From the NCBI GenBank assembly GCA_030167865.1, contig JALAGF010001455.1, positions 62,001 through 108,493 on the forward strand: DNA of 46,493 nt. The letters are read 5' to 3'. The notes below the pieces were generated by a model. The model ran no database searches and was not told the DNA's origin. It saw nothing but the letters and a program-made list of their open reading frames with translations. The stretch comes from Craspedostauros australis. Its lineage: Eukaryota. The stretch's first letter is position 1. Each line of letters opens with the position of its first letter. Shown in pieces: positions 24,780 to 35,637 of the stretch. Both the position numbers and the translations under genes were made by a program.

Positions 24780-25450
24780 AGCACAATCGAACGACACAAT
24801 AATCCACCGACAGCATCGCATGTTCTGAAATGAGCAAGGAGGACATGATGACACGCACCGTCCAATTAGACTCCAAGAGACACAATCATTCAGCCCAAGA
24901 GCGGTTTGTGCTTCTCCGCACCAACACCAACGATAACTCACATCACAACAAAGAAAATAGACGAGCAACATCTTGCATGTATACTATTCTATTATGTATA
25001 CCCTCCAACCTAGTTTGTGCTGTGTCCGTACCATTTATCCATGGCTCAACGGTGTGTTCTCTGAATGGATTGTTGGGTGAACATGTGGTAGGGGAAGAAC
25101 AAAGGAAGGACTTCCGTGGAAGGAACTTGGGTCTGGAAAGACGGCGCGAAAAAGGCGGTCGTGCTGAGCCGTCAATAGGCGCGAACAATAAATGCGAAGT
25201 GACGCGCACTGTTGAACTCGAGATGTCGGAGTGGAAAGACGAACAATCACGATGACCACCACGTCACAAGGCCATTTCCGTTCACTTGTCCGCCGCCAAC
25301 ACGAGGTGTCACGAAGTTGCACGATACCAACAAACACCCGTTGCAACGGCGTAGCAGCGCAATTTGCGTTGTCGCAAACAAGGATGAAAGAAGGATTGAG
25401 GAATTTCTTTCACACACAAAACCAGAAATACACAAGCAAACGAGCGAACG

Positions 25451-26849
25451 ATGGAGGTGTGCATGGAAGTTGATCGTGTGACAGTAGAAGATCTTGGGTT
25501 GGATTGCCTGACGACGTCCATGATGATGGCGGCAAGCAGCACAACATCAACGGCAGCGACGCAGGATGGACCTGTGAAACCGCTGGCGCCATCTTGTTCC
25601 GCAACAGTGGCAGTCGTGCCACCATCGCCATCGCCGTCAACAGCAGACACAGACACAAAGACAGCTACAGCGGCAGCAGCCATAACAGCGACAGAAGACG
25701 ACGAGAGCAACGTGATGATTGCCGCTCCCGCTGCGCAGATGAGCACGATGGTGGATGCGGGCACCAACGCTCACGCGGATGCGCGCGCAAAAGCCCTCCC
25801 AATTGTCCCTGATATTGCTACTGCCGCAACAAGCGAAATCGGAGTCGTGAAACACCCCTCCGACACCGCTGCGCCTGCATCTACGACCACTCCCCTCGTT
25901 TCTCCCATCGCGGATGCCAGCAGCAAAATGGCGAATGGTTGTGCAGCAGCGCATCCCGCAGACAAGGAGGCTGATTTGCTCTCCAACACCCGTTCGTGCG
26001 CCTACAAGGAACATTTGAAGTACAACAAGGCCGACGCTCACGCGTTCGCTCCGAAGCGCAAGATCGAACGGACTGGCAATGATGAAGGAGGCGCAGCAAC
26101 GAACAGCAACGACGCCGTGAGCAACAAGCGACGGAATCGCCGAATGCTCTCCTTCGACGAAGAGGTGGAGGTAGTGCCCATTCCGACAAGGCACGAGTAC
26201 GACAACGCGTCGCGTTTCAGAATATGGTCCAGCGCGATGGAGATCCAGCACAACGCAGCACGCAACACCATGGAGTTTGCTTGGGAAGGGTGAGTCAATC
26301 CGAGTCGGCGACAGTGCTGCTGCTGCTACTGCCGCTGCTAGTGGTGGTGGTACTGGTATTGAACCAACTCTTGCCTGCATTTCGTTTGCACTTCTCTCGC
26401 GAGCGGAGTTGGGCGGCAATGACATGCGTTGGCCGTTTGGCCTTGTGGGTGACGACATCGATTCTATTTGCGTGTCTGCCTGCCTGCCTGCCTGCCTGCT
26501 TGTTGATGCCCAGTCCGTGCAGTTCGCCCTCCTCGTGGGTGTTGACGTCGCCAACTGGTTGTTAACGTGCAAACGAACGAGGAATCACTAGAAATTGCGT
26601 TTCTAACAAGTTGTTGCCTTGTTCTTCGCCATCGCTCCGAACTATCTCGTCGCTGTTTTTTCATCATTTCGAATCGCTTGCAATTCCACCAACACGATTC
26701 GCACGCTTGCCCCCCTCCCGCGCAGATGGAACTGGCGCAACGTTTTGGAAGACGAATCCATGATGGTCTGCTCTTCAACATCAGAGTTGATACACCCATG
26801 CCACTTCCATCCGCACATGAATCCCATGTTCGTTCATGGCCGCAGATGA
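25451..26849 (+). CDS. Hypothetical protein, 2 exons, ~320 aa; low-complexity N-terminus and a compact C-terminal domain with an RVxF-like motif
   Basis: Exons 25451-26289 and 26726-26849; the intron 26290-26725 (GTGAGT...CAG, phase 2) gives ...[21 protein letters not shown]...[34 protein letters not shown]... Confidence 0.7.
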
Positions 26850-27964
26850 GAGCAAAGGAGCGGGAAAAGGTCAACTGGCTGCGCTTGCCCTCGCCACGAA
26901 CAGGACCGCACCGATTCCATGGTGAACAATGCAAAGAGGCACGAAAGATACTGGTAGACCAAGAAGTTTTGAACCAACACAAACAAGGAAAGAGAAAAAG
27001 AAGAGAAGAAGCACACGGTGGAAGAAGCAAACATGCAGGATGATCGGAGTTGAAGCATGCCAACATGGCACGTACGTATCTGAAATCGATTGCTGTCGTC
27101 GCCGTCGTTGCTATCGTCAATGACGACAGTCTAACCATCGTCAGGACAGGCGAGACGAGGCGAGAGGACATGGGAAGACAACGGCACAGGAAGGGAACTG
27201 CAATACGAAACACTATTTTGAAACCACAAAAGTGATAAACGGCAGACCATCCGGCATCTTCTCGTGCCATGGCTACACGCAGAGGGAGAAACAACAATAG
27301 CGGCAACAGCATGATCTGTCTACCGTTCCTGTCGTATAGATCATCGCTTGGTTCCTGACAGTGCTCTTCGCTCGCTCTGGCCATGTGGAAGTGCTTGTGC
27401 TGGTGATACTTGCGTGCATGCCATGTCCATGTCTGCGTCTGCATGATACAAGCAAAACAGAGTGGAAGACAGTGATGGGATGCCGCGTTGGCTGACAACA
27501 AGATCGGCCAAGACGCACCATTTGGGGGATTGGATTCGCCAAGAAGAGACACGAAAGTCAAGGCGATGAATTCGTGACTGACCGGAATAATCTATTCATG
27601 AATTACATCAACGAAATCTGTTCGTGGTGTTTGCTTTTCCTTTTGTTCTTGTGTGCGTCTTCGCTAAAAAGCGCTCTGCGTTGTCTCAACAATGACCCTT
27701 TCGATGACCATCGCAATCCTTTCCTACAACGTCTCCTCTTGTGCGCGAAGATGCCAACCATGTTACCCACGCGGCTCACCACTATCACCACACCACCAAA
27801 CAACACAAAGCATTCGTATTCGCAAGCGCAAGCGCATACTCGCACATACCCTCATACCTTCATACCGTCCAAGAAGCATTCAATCATATTCGAGGTAGAA
27901 TACCTGCAATAGTCACGATCGTCATCGTCATCACACAATTCCACGCAACACGTCTCCATCAATC

Positions 27965-28593
27965 ATGTTGTCATCCCAACGTTTCGCGTTCCTTTGCTTG
28001 GCCATCGTCTTGCTGATGGTCCTGCCGCAGTCTGCCGTTGGTGAAATTGACCTCGCCACAGGCCAGGAATGTCTGGACAGCCATGAGAATTGCCCATTCT
28101 GGGCAGCCACGGAAGAATGTGCAAAGAATCCTGCCTGGGTACGTTCTTTTGTGGTTGCATTGCGTTGTATTGCATTGCATTGCATTGGAGAAACAGCAGA
28201 AGATCAAAATGCGAATTGCACCATGGCAGCTCATGGAAGTCACGATGTTGGCCATCATCGTGCCTACTTGTTGCTCCTGCAAGCATCAGGGGAGCCATGT
28301 CTTGACACAGGAGTACTGCTGGTATACAGATGTTCAATTCGTTCTCACATTTGTAAGCCTACTCTTTCACATGTCAATCCATTCTCCATTGTGATGCCGT
28401 CACATGATCAATTCTCGCCATGCACTGATCTTCCTTGCAGATGAACGAGAACTGCCGCTTGTCCTGCAAGCGATGCCATGTCATTCGAGTGAGCAGCCAG
28501 GAAGAGATGCAGGATTTCATCGCCAGAAAGCAAAAGGAACATGCCGACAAGCGAAAGACCAGGAGCATATTAGCTGGAAAGGAAGAGCTGTAG
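27965..28593 (+). CDS. Small secretory-pathway protein with a single ShKT domain and C-terminal KEEL (2 exons, 108 aa)
   Basis: Exons 27965-28138 and 28441-28593; the intron 28139-28440 (GTACGT...TTGCAG, phase 0) rebuilds a complete 6-Cys ShKT pattern CLDSHENCPFWAATEECAKNPAW|MNENCRLSCKRC. N-terminal signal peptide; the protein ends ...AGKEEL*. Confidence 0.8.
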
Positions 28594-29864
28594 GCAGGCG
28601 ATCACGTACGCGGTGCTGGTTCATGGAGTGGGAAGTTGGAGCAGACAGTTGAAGCAGAGATATATGCATGTGGTACTCGTACCACATGATAGAGCACTTC
28701 AGACTCTGGATGCGACAGTTTGTGCCGCTCGATACTCGATGAGATTGGGAGCAAAGGCAAGAGAGAAGACAAGCGAGGATGATCCTGTGGAGCTGTGCAA
28801 AGAAGGGCCTGCGAGTACATCATACTGGACTATTCAGAGGACTTCGCACGAGTATGCATCGATCTTGAGGGCTTCTTTCGATGTGATGGAAACGCCTTCA
28901 TGATACGATGACGATGGTGATGGAGCTAGAGAGCACGGAGAGAGGGTTGCTACGATTCACAAGACGTCAGTTGAGTTCTCAGTGGTCTGGGCCACTCGCC
29001 CAAAGAAAAGAGTGCGTGCAGAAGGCATGGCCTCTGCTCGATTGTGCTCTGCGCGCACAACTCATACGAATCACTTACAATCCAGCACCAAGGCATCCTT
29101 CAATCAGTTTCATACATCATGGAGTTGCACGAGCAGTGCCACAGTATTGCATTGCCCAAAAGGCTGCACAAATTGACATGACAATCGCGTAGTCATCAAA
29201 GGCTGCTTGCTAGAGCAATTGAACTGAAAAAGTAGTGGACGCGTCATTTAGATCTTCATCCTATCATACTATTACTAGCTACTGCGAGTATGTGCCATAT
29301 ACATCCGCACGACAGCACCACTCTGGGTGAAAATGCTGTCTTCAGGACAGAATCTGATGCGTACTAGTATGGTTCAAGTAGTCTCCTCTCTGGACTATCA
29401 TACAAGTACGCATCAGATGCTGGTCTGTTCACTGTTTGGACCAACCATCGTCAGATCGCGGCGATATCTGTACGAGTACAACCGTCAATACCAGACCAAA
29501 GAGAGGCGTGCTTTGTGCTACAAACAACGTGTATTGTCTAGAGTATTAGGATATTACTTCAATTCCCGGTTTGTATGCGGCCATGTTGAGTTAGAGGCAA
29601 GCACGTATCCGTATGTATCGAATACAATGGTGGTTGTATTTGTTTGATCATGTGCTTGCATAGATCGCGTGAATGCACGTCCTCCAAATACGAGTAGAGG
29701 GGAGGAACTGAGCATCCACACGCCAACCAACTGTCAACTAGCCAGCCAACTGGCTGGACAGTCGCGTACTCCCGCCACCAACACAGGTGCTGTGCGAAAG
29801 GGGGCGTTTTCGGAGAGCACGTTCTTACCCATCCAGTTCGGCAAAAACGACTTGCACGGCGCGC

Positions 29865-30284
29865 TTATTTGAAGAGGCCTGGGTAGCTCTTCTTGTAGGC
29901 GCCGAAGTCTGGGTAGTTGATGTCCAGACGGGTGACAGGGCTCTTGCGCTCGAGGGTGCTGCGCTTAATCGGTGGGAAGTTGGAGTTCATCTGGGTTCGG
30001 GCATTCTCGTAGCGTGCCTTGCGGGCGGCCTTGGCGGCTGCGGTTGGGGATCCAGTCTCCCACTGCTCGGTTGGGGTGGTGATGGTCTCCTGGTCCATGG
30101 CACCGGCAACTCCTGGTGCGACGATGGCACCGAAGACGGCAGCTCCGGCAGCACCGAAGAATGCCTTGCGGGATTGCTCAGCCTCCATGTTCAAAGCGGT
30201 GGATGCCTTTGGGGCGCTGGTGGCTGGAGCGAAAGCGGAGGCAACAGCGAGGGTGGCGACGAAGGCGGCGGCGGTGAACTTCAT
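29865..30284 (-). CDS. Small plastid protein, probably thylakoid-lumen targeted, of unknown function (139 aa precursor)
   Basis: ATG at 30284. MKFTAAAFVATLAVASA|FAP is a canonical ASAFAP site. It is followed by SRKAFFGAAGAAVFGAIVAPGVAGA (Tat-like basic pair, hydrophobic stretch, AxA). Codon usage suggests high expression. Confidence 0.85.
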   Translation of the reverse strand: MKFTAAAFVATLAVASAFAPATSAPKASTALNMEAEQSRKAFFGAAGAAVFGAIVAPGVAGAMDQETITTPTEQWETGSPTAAAKAARKARYENARTQMNSNFPPIKRSTLERKSPVTRLDINYPDFGAYKKSYPGLFK

Positions 30285-31265
30285 TTTGGAATAGAGTGCG
30301 GTATGGTATTCTGGAGCCTGATGTATTGTGAGCAATGTGGGTCATGGTATTGCCGTGGCATGATTTGGCGTGGATGGCATTGGCCAAAGCATCAAAAGTG
30401 CACGAATGCAGCGCAAGAGGAACACGGCATCGGTGTGAGAAGAACATGACGCACAAAGGGACGATTTCGGCAGATCCTTCGCACATTTCTTCGCATCATC
30501 CTCAGCCCATCGCATCCGCGGTCGTTTCCGAATCAAAACCCTTTCATAACGCCGCAACGGCGCCGTGTATCCTCCATCAACCGTCTCCCACAGGCCGCAT
30601 TTCCGACGTCGCCATGGTCGATGTCAACTCACAAGTGGCGGATCTTTTGTGAGGATTGTTCAACAAACGAAAATTCGAGTTTTTGTTCCAAGAGAAAAAA
30701 CTGTCATTGAGTCAGGTCACGGAGAGTGTCAGATATGTCTGTCTTGAAGATTGCATGCGAGGAGAACAATTCACCCAATTTCACAGACAATCATACATCA
30801 ACAAACTCGAATGACGTTTATTTAATCGAGACTAGAGAGATGAGGACTGCGCGTGTTCCAGAATTGAAAACGAAACGCACAAGATTGATCAGAAATCATA
30901 CAGAGTCTGCAATACATGGCCTTCTCGGAAGTGTGGTCGAGAGTGAGATTTGCAAGAGTATTCACGACGGTCTCTATGGTACATATCAGGTGCATGCGTT
31001 ATCTCGTGTTTATCGACTGCAATGAAACAGAAGCTCGCAGGCGTCGGTGTTATTGGATCGAGATCAGCTTTGTTGCGAGAGGGCAGGGCACTCCAGGTGA
31101 TTCCCAGGCGTATGTACGAGCAGTGCTTTATTCAGCTTGCTCACACTGTCGTCATCATTCGTGTTGTTTGCGTCATCTTTTCGGCGCCCGCGATGGGGTG
31201 TGGATCATCACATGGATGGGAATGCTGCGATTGCTATCATCATTGCTGGCACCGTTTGCTGCACT

Positions 31266-31714
31266 CTACTCGCCGTGCCCTTCGAGTTTGAAGTCCGAAT
31301 GCTTCTTGCGCCTGGCAGCCTCGTCTTCATCAGATTCGAAGGCCGACAGGAGGACGTACGCCAGCACAAGTAATGGAGAGATTGCAAACAGAATCTGCCA
31401 ACGAAGTATGATGGAATATTTGTACGGGTTGGTTTGTTGGTTGGTTTCGTGTAAATGGGGCGGTTTGTGTGACAGTGTCATACCAACACGTTTGTTGGAG
31501 GAGGATGAGGAAGGTCGAATGTGCAGATTGTGTGAGAGTTGAAATTGTGACAGCACAAAGTGGCATCAACCGCTTGCGCTACGAGGAGAAGAAACAGCTT
31601 CGCTTGGAGTGGGTGCTCTCGGCAGGTCAGTGGTTGTGTCGTTGGGGTTGCCTCACGCACCTTTCCGCCATTGATGGCGTACTCAACAGGCGTCCATTCT
31701 TCTTCCTTTGCCAT
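31266..31714 (-). CDS. 60-aa single-transmembrane microprotein (2 exons)
   Basis: Exons 31661-31714 and 31266-31394; the intron 31395-31660 (GTGCGT...TTGGCAG, phase 0) gives MAKEEEWTPVEYAINGGK|ILFAISPLLVLAYVLLSAFESDEDEAARRKKHSDFKLEGHGE*. An AATAAA lies downstream on the minus strand (~31126-31131). Confidence 0.65.
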
Positions 31715-32222
31715 TTTGAGATGCTATTCTTATTCGTTGAATTTGCGCAACGGGATGAAATGCAGTGCAATGCAATGTGATGTTGAGTAGTGAGGGGAAA
31801 GAAAGAAGCAGACGTTCTTTCGTGTGTGTGCGTGTTGTGGTGATTGTCGTCATTGTGTTCGTTGGTGGTGATGGGGATGTTTGTTGGTGTTTGTGCATGA
31901 CGAAGGACGAACTTCGGAAGTGATACTCGGATGAGTCAAATGGCGCGAAAAGTCGAAATGATGTGTTGTTGAAACGCGAAGATACCACTTGACACCGACA
32001 TCGACTTCCGCTCTGCCAATTGGCCAGTGCTCTGCACAAGAGAGAGAAAGAGATCATGTCTCCATGACGAGTGCTGACATTGCCATAATCTCACAGCGAC
32101 GAGCAAAAAAGGTTGATCGAGACTGCTACTGCTGCTGCTGAGGATACCAACCGTACGATCACAGAGAACCAGAGAGACCGAGACAGAGCGTCAACGAAAC
32201 CGAAAGCGCGGATTCATTTGCC

Positions 32223-32846
32223 ATGTTCCAACGTTGCTCTTTGCTGCAGGTATCGCTGCTTCTCTTGGCTGTCGCACCGTGGACGTGCGATGGCTGGATG
32301 AGCGGCAATAACCATGCCCCAGCACAGCGGTCGTATCCAATGAGACGCAGCAGCGATGTCAAAATCCAGGAATTCAAGCATGCCGCGCAGTCATCGCAAT
32401 TGCAGCAGCAACATGGACAGCATGAGCATGACGAACTGCAAGTCGCAGCATCACGCATGGATCGAAGATCATCATTGATGAGGATGCTGACGATCACAGC
32501 ATCCAGCGTTGCTTTGGCCAGCGCCCCCTCCATGGCATCCGCCAAGAGCTACAGCTCCAACGCACGCAACCTGGAACGGTTGAACAATGGCGACGCTTCA
32601 GGTGGCAGCACGTACGACAACGACCCCACGTCCGCCCCGGCGCGACGGCGACGTGCCATGACGGGTTGCAAGGTGCCCAGCGCACGCGAGGAAGCCGCGC
32701 AGAGGGTGCTCAACCTGCAATCGGGAATGTCGGAGATGGACTGCAATCGACGTGTCATGGATGGCGAATCGGACTTTATGTTGAAGGCCCTGCAGAATCT
32801 GGATTGTCCCAGCTGTCCGTATGGAATCAACCCGAAGCGGTCGTAG
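32223..32846 (+). CDS. Plastid, probably thylakoid-lumen, protein of unknown function with C-terminal CxxC (207 aa)
   Basis: Signal peptide ...APWTCDG|WMS, then a transit peptide, then MDRRSSLMRMLTITASSVALASAPSMASA|KSY (twin-Arg + hydrophobic + AxA). The mature part has 4 Cys, including CPSC. Confidence 0.75.
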   Translation: MFQRCSLLQVSLLLLAVAPWTCDGWMSGNNHAPAQRSYPMRRSSDVKIQEFKHAAQSSQLQQQHGQHEHDELQVAASRMDRRSSLMRMLTITASSVALASAPSMASAKSYSSNARNLERLNNGDASGGSTYDNDPTSAPARRRRAMTGCKVPSAREEAAQRVLNLQSGMSEMDCNRRVMDGESDFMLKALQNLDCPSCPYGINPKRS

Positions 32847-33552
32847 GCTCTGGAGCAGAGTGTTCCACTCTTCTCTGCTCGACGTCTTGGTACCAGTATT
32901 CAATACGCCATTGGCATCATACGTACCCGTAATAGCTGGAATGCACACTGCAACGCAATAGAGATAGATGGGTGGATTAACGGATGGAAGAATGAACGAC
33001 TGTGACACATTGAGATGTGACCCCAAACGTTGTTGCTCACATTGTTTGATAGAGCGAGACATCGTCAATGTCTTACTGCCGCGCTATTGAAGAAACAAAC
33101 TCCCGTGCATTGTCCGCAGTGTGAGCACGAGGTGACTTTGGATGGAACGGTTGAATGGGCAGAGCAATTGGTGGAGGTGTCCCACAAGAGAGCAGGCCAC
33201 CGCGCACGTTTCAACATTGGACCTGTACCATACGAACGGCAGCTGCCAGGACAACTCGACAGCAGTGAAAGGGTTATCGCACAAGACACACGTGGGTGTT
33301 CGTGGCCAGGCAAATGATAAGACGGCGCATGGACTCAGTATTGATTGGAGAGAGGGGAAACTACTGTCGTTTATTAGGTCTCATCGATAAGGGATGCCTT
33401 TTGTGTACTCGTGCGATCTGAACTGCTGGTGCATCAGCAGCCTTTCGTCTTCGTGTGCGTCGTCCCATTCAACGGAGAGGCAGCGTCGTTCGTCCCTTTG
33501 TGTATTTTCGCTTTTTGGTTGTTTGTTTTATTTGTTTCATTTCTTTCAGCGC

Positions 33553-34585
33553 TTAGAATCGCAGTTTCTGGAAGAAGTAGGTGCTGCCCTGTGCCTTCTT
33601 TTCGCTGGTGACATCCTTCTGGTTCAGGTATCTGTCTGTGAAAAGCTTCTTGAGGTCCTTCTTGACATCGACCTTGCGCTCAGCATCCACCAGATCGGCC
33701 TCATCGACTGCCTTCTTCAGGTCAAGATCGACGACGTATCGTGTTGGGAAGATGTGTCTGACGTTGATGTACTTGATGAATGGCTTCATGGCCTTAGCTC
33801 TCTTCTCGACCTTGGCCTTGTTCATTGCGCGTGTGACCTTGCGTGGATTTCTCGCGAGTCCAGCAACGAGGCAGTGCGAGAACTTCTTGTCACCACTGCC
33901 ATCGTCGAATGTCTTGACGACGACTGCCTTCTTTCCGGCGTGACGTCCGGCGAGGACAATAACAACCTTTCCAGTCTCTGTGAGACGCAACAGGAACGAA
34001 GTTCAAGCAGGATCGCAACGGAGGTAGACCGAATGGACGAACAGACACGGATACAACAAGTGTGCAATGGTTGCAAGATGGAGCCAAGGCGGACGAGATC
34101 GAAACGAAATGCAAAAGCCAATGGTTGTGGATGTTGGTTGCCATGGGAATCAGAAGCATGATTGATGAAGTCGAACTGTGAGCATCATGTTTTTGGGACG
34201 GTATGTGTTGGCACCAGAGGAATCGAGGGCCGGGAGAAAGCACAGCCCGAAACTGCTCAAGCTGAGCCGGAATCGCTAGGCTGTTGTTTCCTCGGGTCAT
34301 CGTGCAGGTCCTGTCTAGCTACCGCGATTGCTGGGTGCAGATGGTTGGTATGGATGCGAGGGTGTTGGAGTGCGTGTGGATTCGTGTAGCGGTGCTTGGT
34401 GATGTTGGTCTGAATGACGCAGCATCATGCTCTGGTGGTCGTGACCTCATCGAATTCGCAACCACGCTCCAAACCATCCACGCCTCGCAATGCCCCAAGT
34501 CCGCCTCTACCCAACCATAACCGCGTTTCGCAGCCTGCTCGCATGGCAGAGATGAGAATTACGGTCACTCACTGATGATAGCCAT
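33553..34585 (-). CDS. RPL27: 60S ribosomal protein L27 (eL27), 2 exons, 145 aa
   Basis: A 13-nt first exon at 34573-34585 (ATG GCT ATC ATC A|GTGAGT), the intron 33978-34572 ending CACAG, and exon 2 at 33553-33977 give MAIIKTGKVVIVLAGRHAGKKAVVVK...HIFPTRY...YFFQKLRF. Confidence 0.95.
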
Positions 34586-35637
34586 TGTGTATATTCGTTA
34601 GTGTTGCGAAGGGGGAGGTATGCTGATGTTGATGTTGATGTCGTTTCAGGAAGTCGGGACAGTGTCGGTGATGATGGGACAGGTCGAGAGTTGGTTTTGA
34701 TGCTGGGAACGGGTGGACGATGATGCTCCTTCTGGTGCTGCTCAGCGCGCTACTCGTGTTGTTGGTGAGAGGCGATGGTGCGTGCTCCCACGCTGTTCGT
34801 GCGCAATCGCCTTGTCGCTTCGTTTCACCAGTCGTTTGTCAGCGCCGTTGTTTTTCGTGTTGTTTTCTGTTTGTCTCCCAGATTTTTTACCTCTTACTAA
34901 TCCGGTGCTTGCGATGCCGGCCAATCAGATCGAACAGATGTGTAGTAACTAAACAAGTACTAATGATCGACGACTCAAGTGACTGATGAAATTGGATTCG
35001 ACTGGTTTGATTGCAAGTTGTGACAACAAGAGAAAACCAGCAACAACGACAGAAACAACGACTGCAAGTACGACGCAAAAGGCTATCTGTTGGTGTTTGT
35101 TGGCGTCATCGCGTTGTTGCGCGGTTGCACGTGCTCTTGTGTGCGCGGAGATGGAATCGCAGACCCACACACAGACACACCTTGCTGGTGATACGAGCAA
35201 CGAGGAATTGGAGAAAGACAAGAGACAGAAAGACGGACAACAAAGCACCAAGAGAGGAGCCCATCATTCTTTGTCTTCATCGTCATTGCCACCAGCAACG
35301 CATGCCATACCTGCTCTGTTATAGAATACTTGCTATTTATACTATTGCTCTATACACACAGATTACTGCTCATACAGCACCACCCACATTCACTTCGGTC
35401 ATTGGCAACAGCAACGTCCGCTGCATCTCTCTCATTCGCACCATCAACACCAAAGTCATTCAAGCAGGGGGGTTGAGTTACGGAGAGACGGGAGCGACAC
35501 CAAGAGACACCAACTTGGAACGACCGCTTTCGCTACATTAGCACATTGCAGGACAGGACAGTGCAGCACCAAAGGAAAGCAAAGGAAAGCAAGGCAAACA
35601 AAGCTCAGGACCATTGCAAAAAGCCCATAAATGACAC

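Noticed and set aside
26464-27561. 365-aa minus-strand ORF
   Set aside because: It overlaps the intron, exon 2 and 3' region of the + strand gene, includes a (GCCT)n microsatellite, and has no domain signal.
34205-34275. tRNA-like look (GCTCAG...GAGC, TCGATTCC) in the RPL27 intron
   Set aside because: No acceptor stem or proper anticodon arm could be built; kept only as part of the ncRNA candidate.
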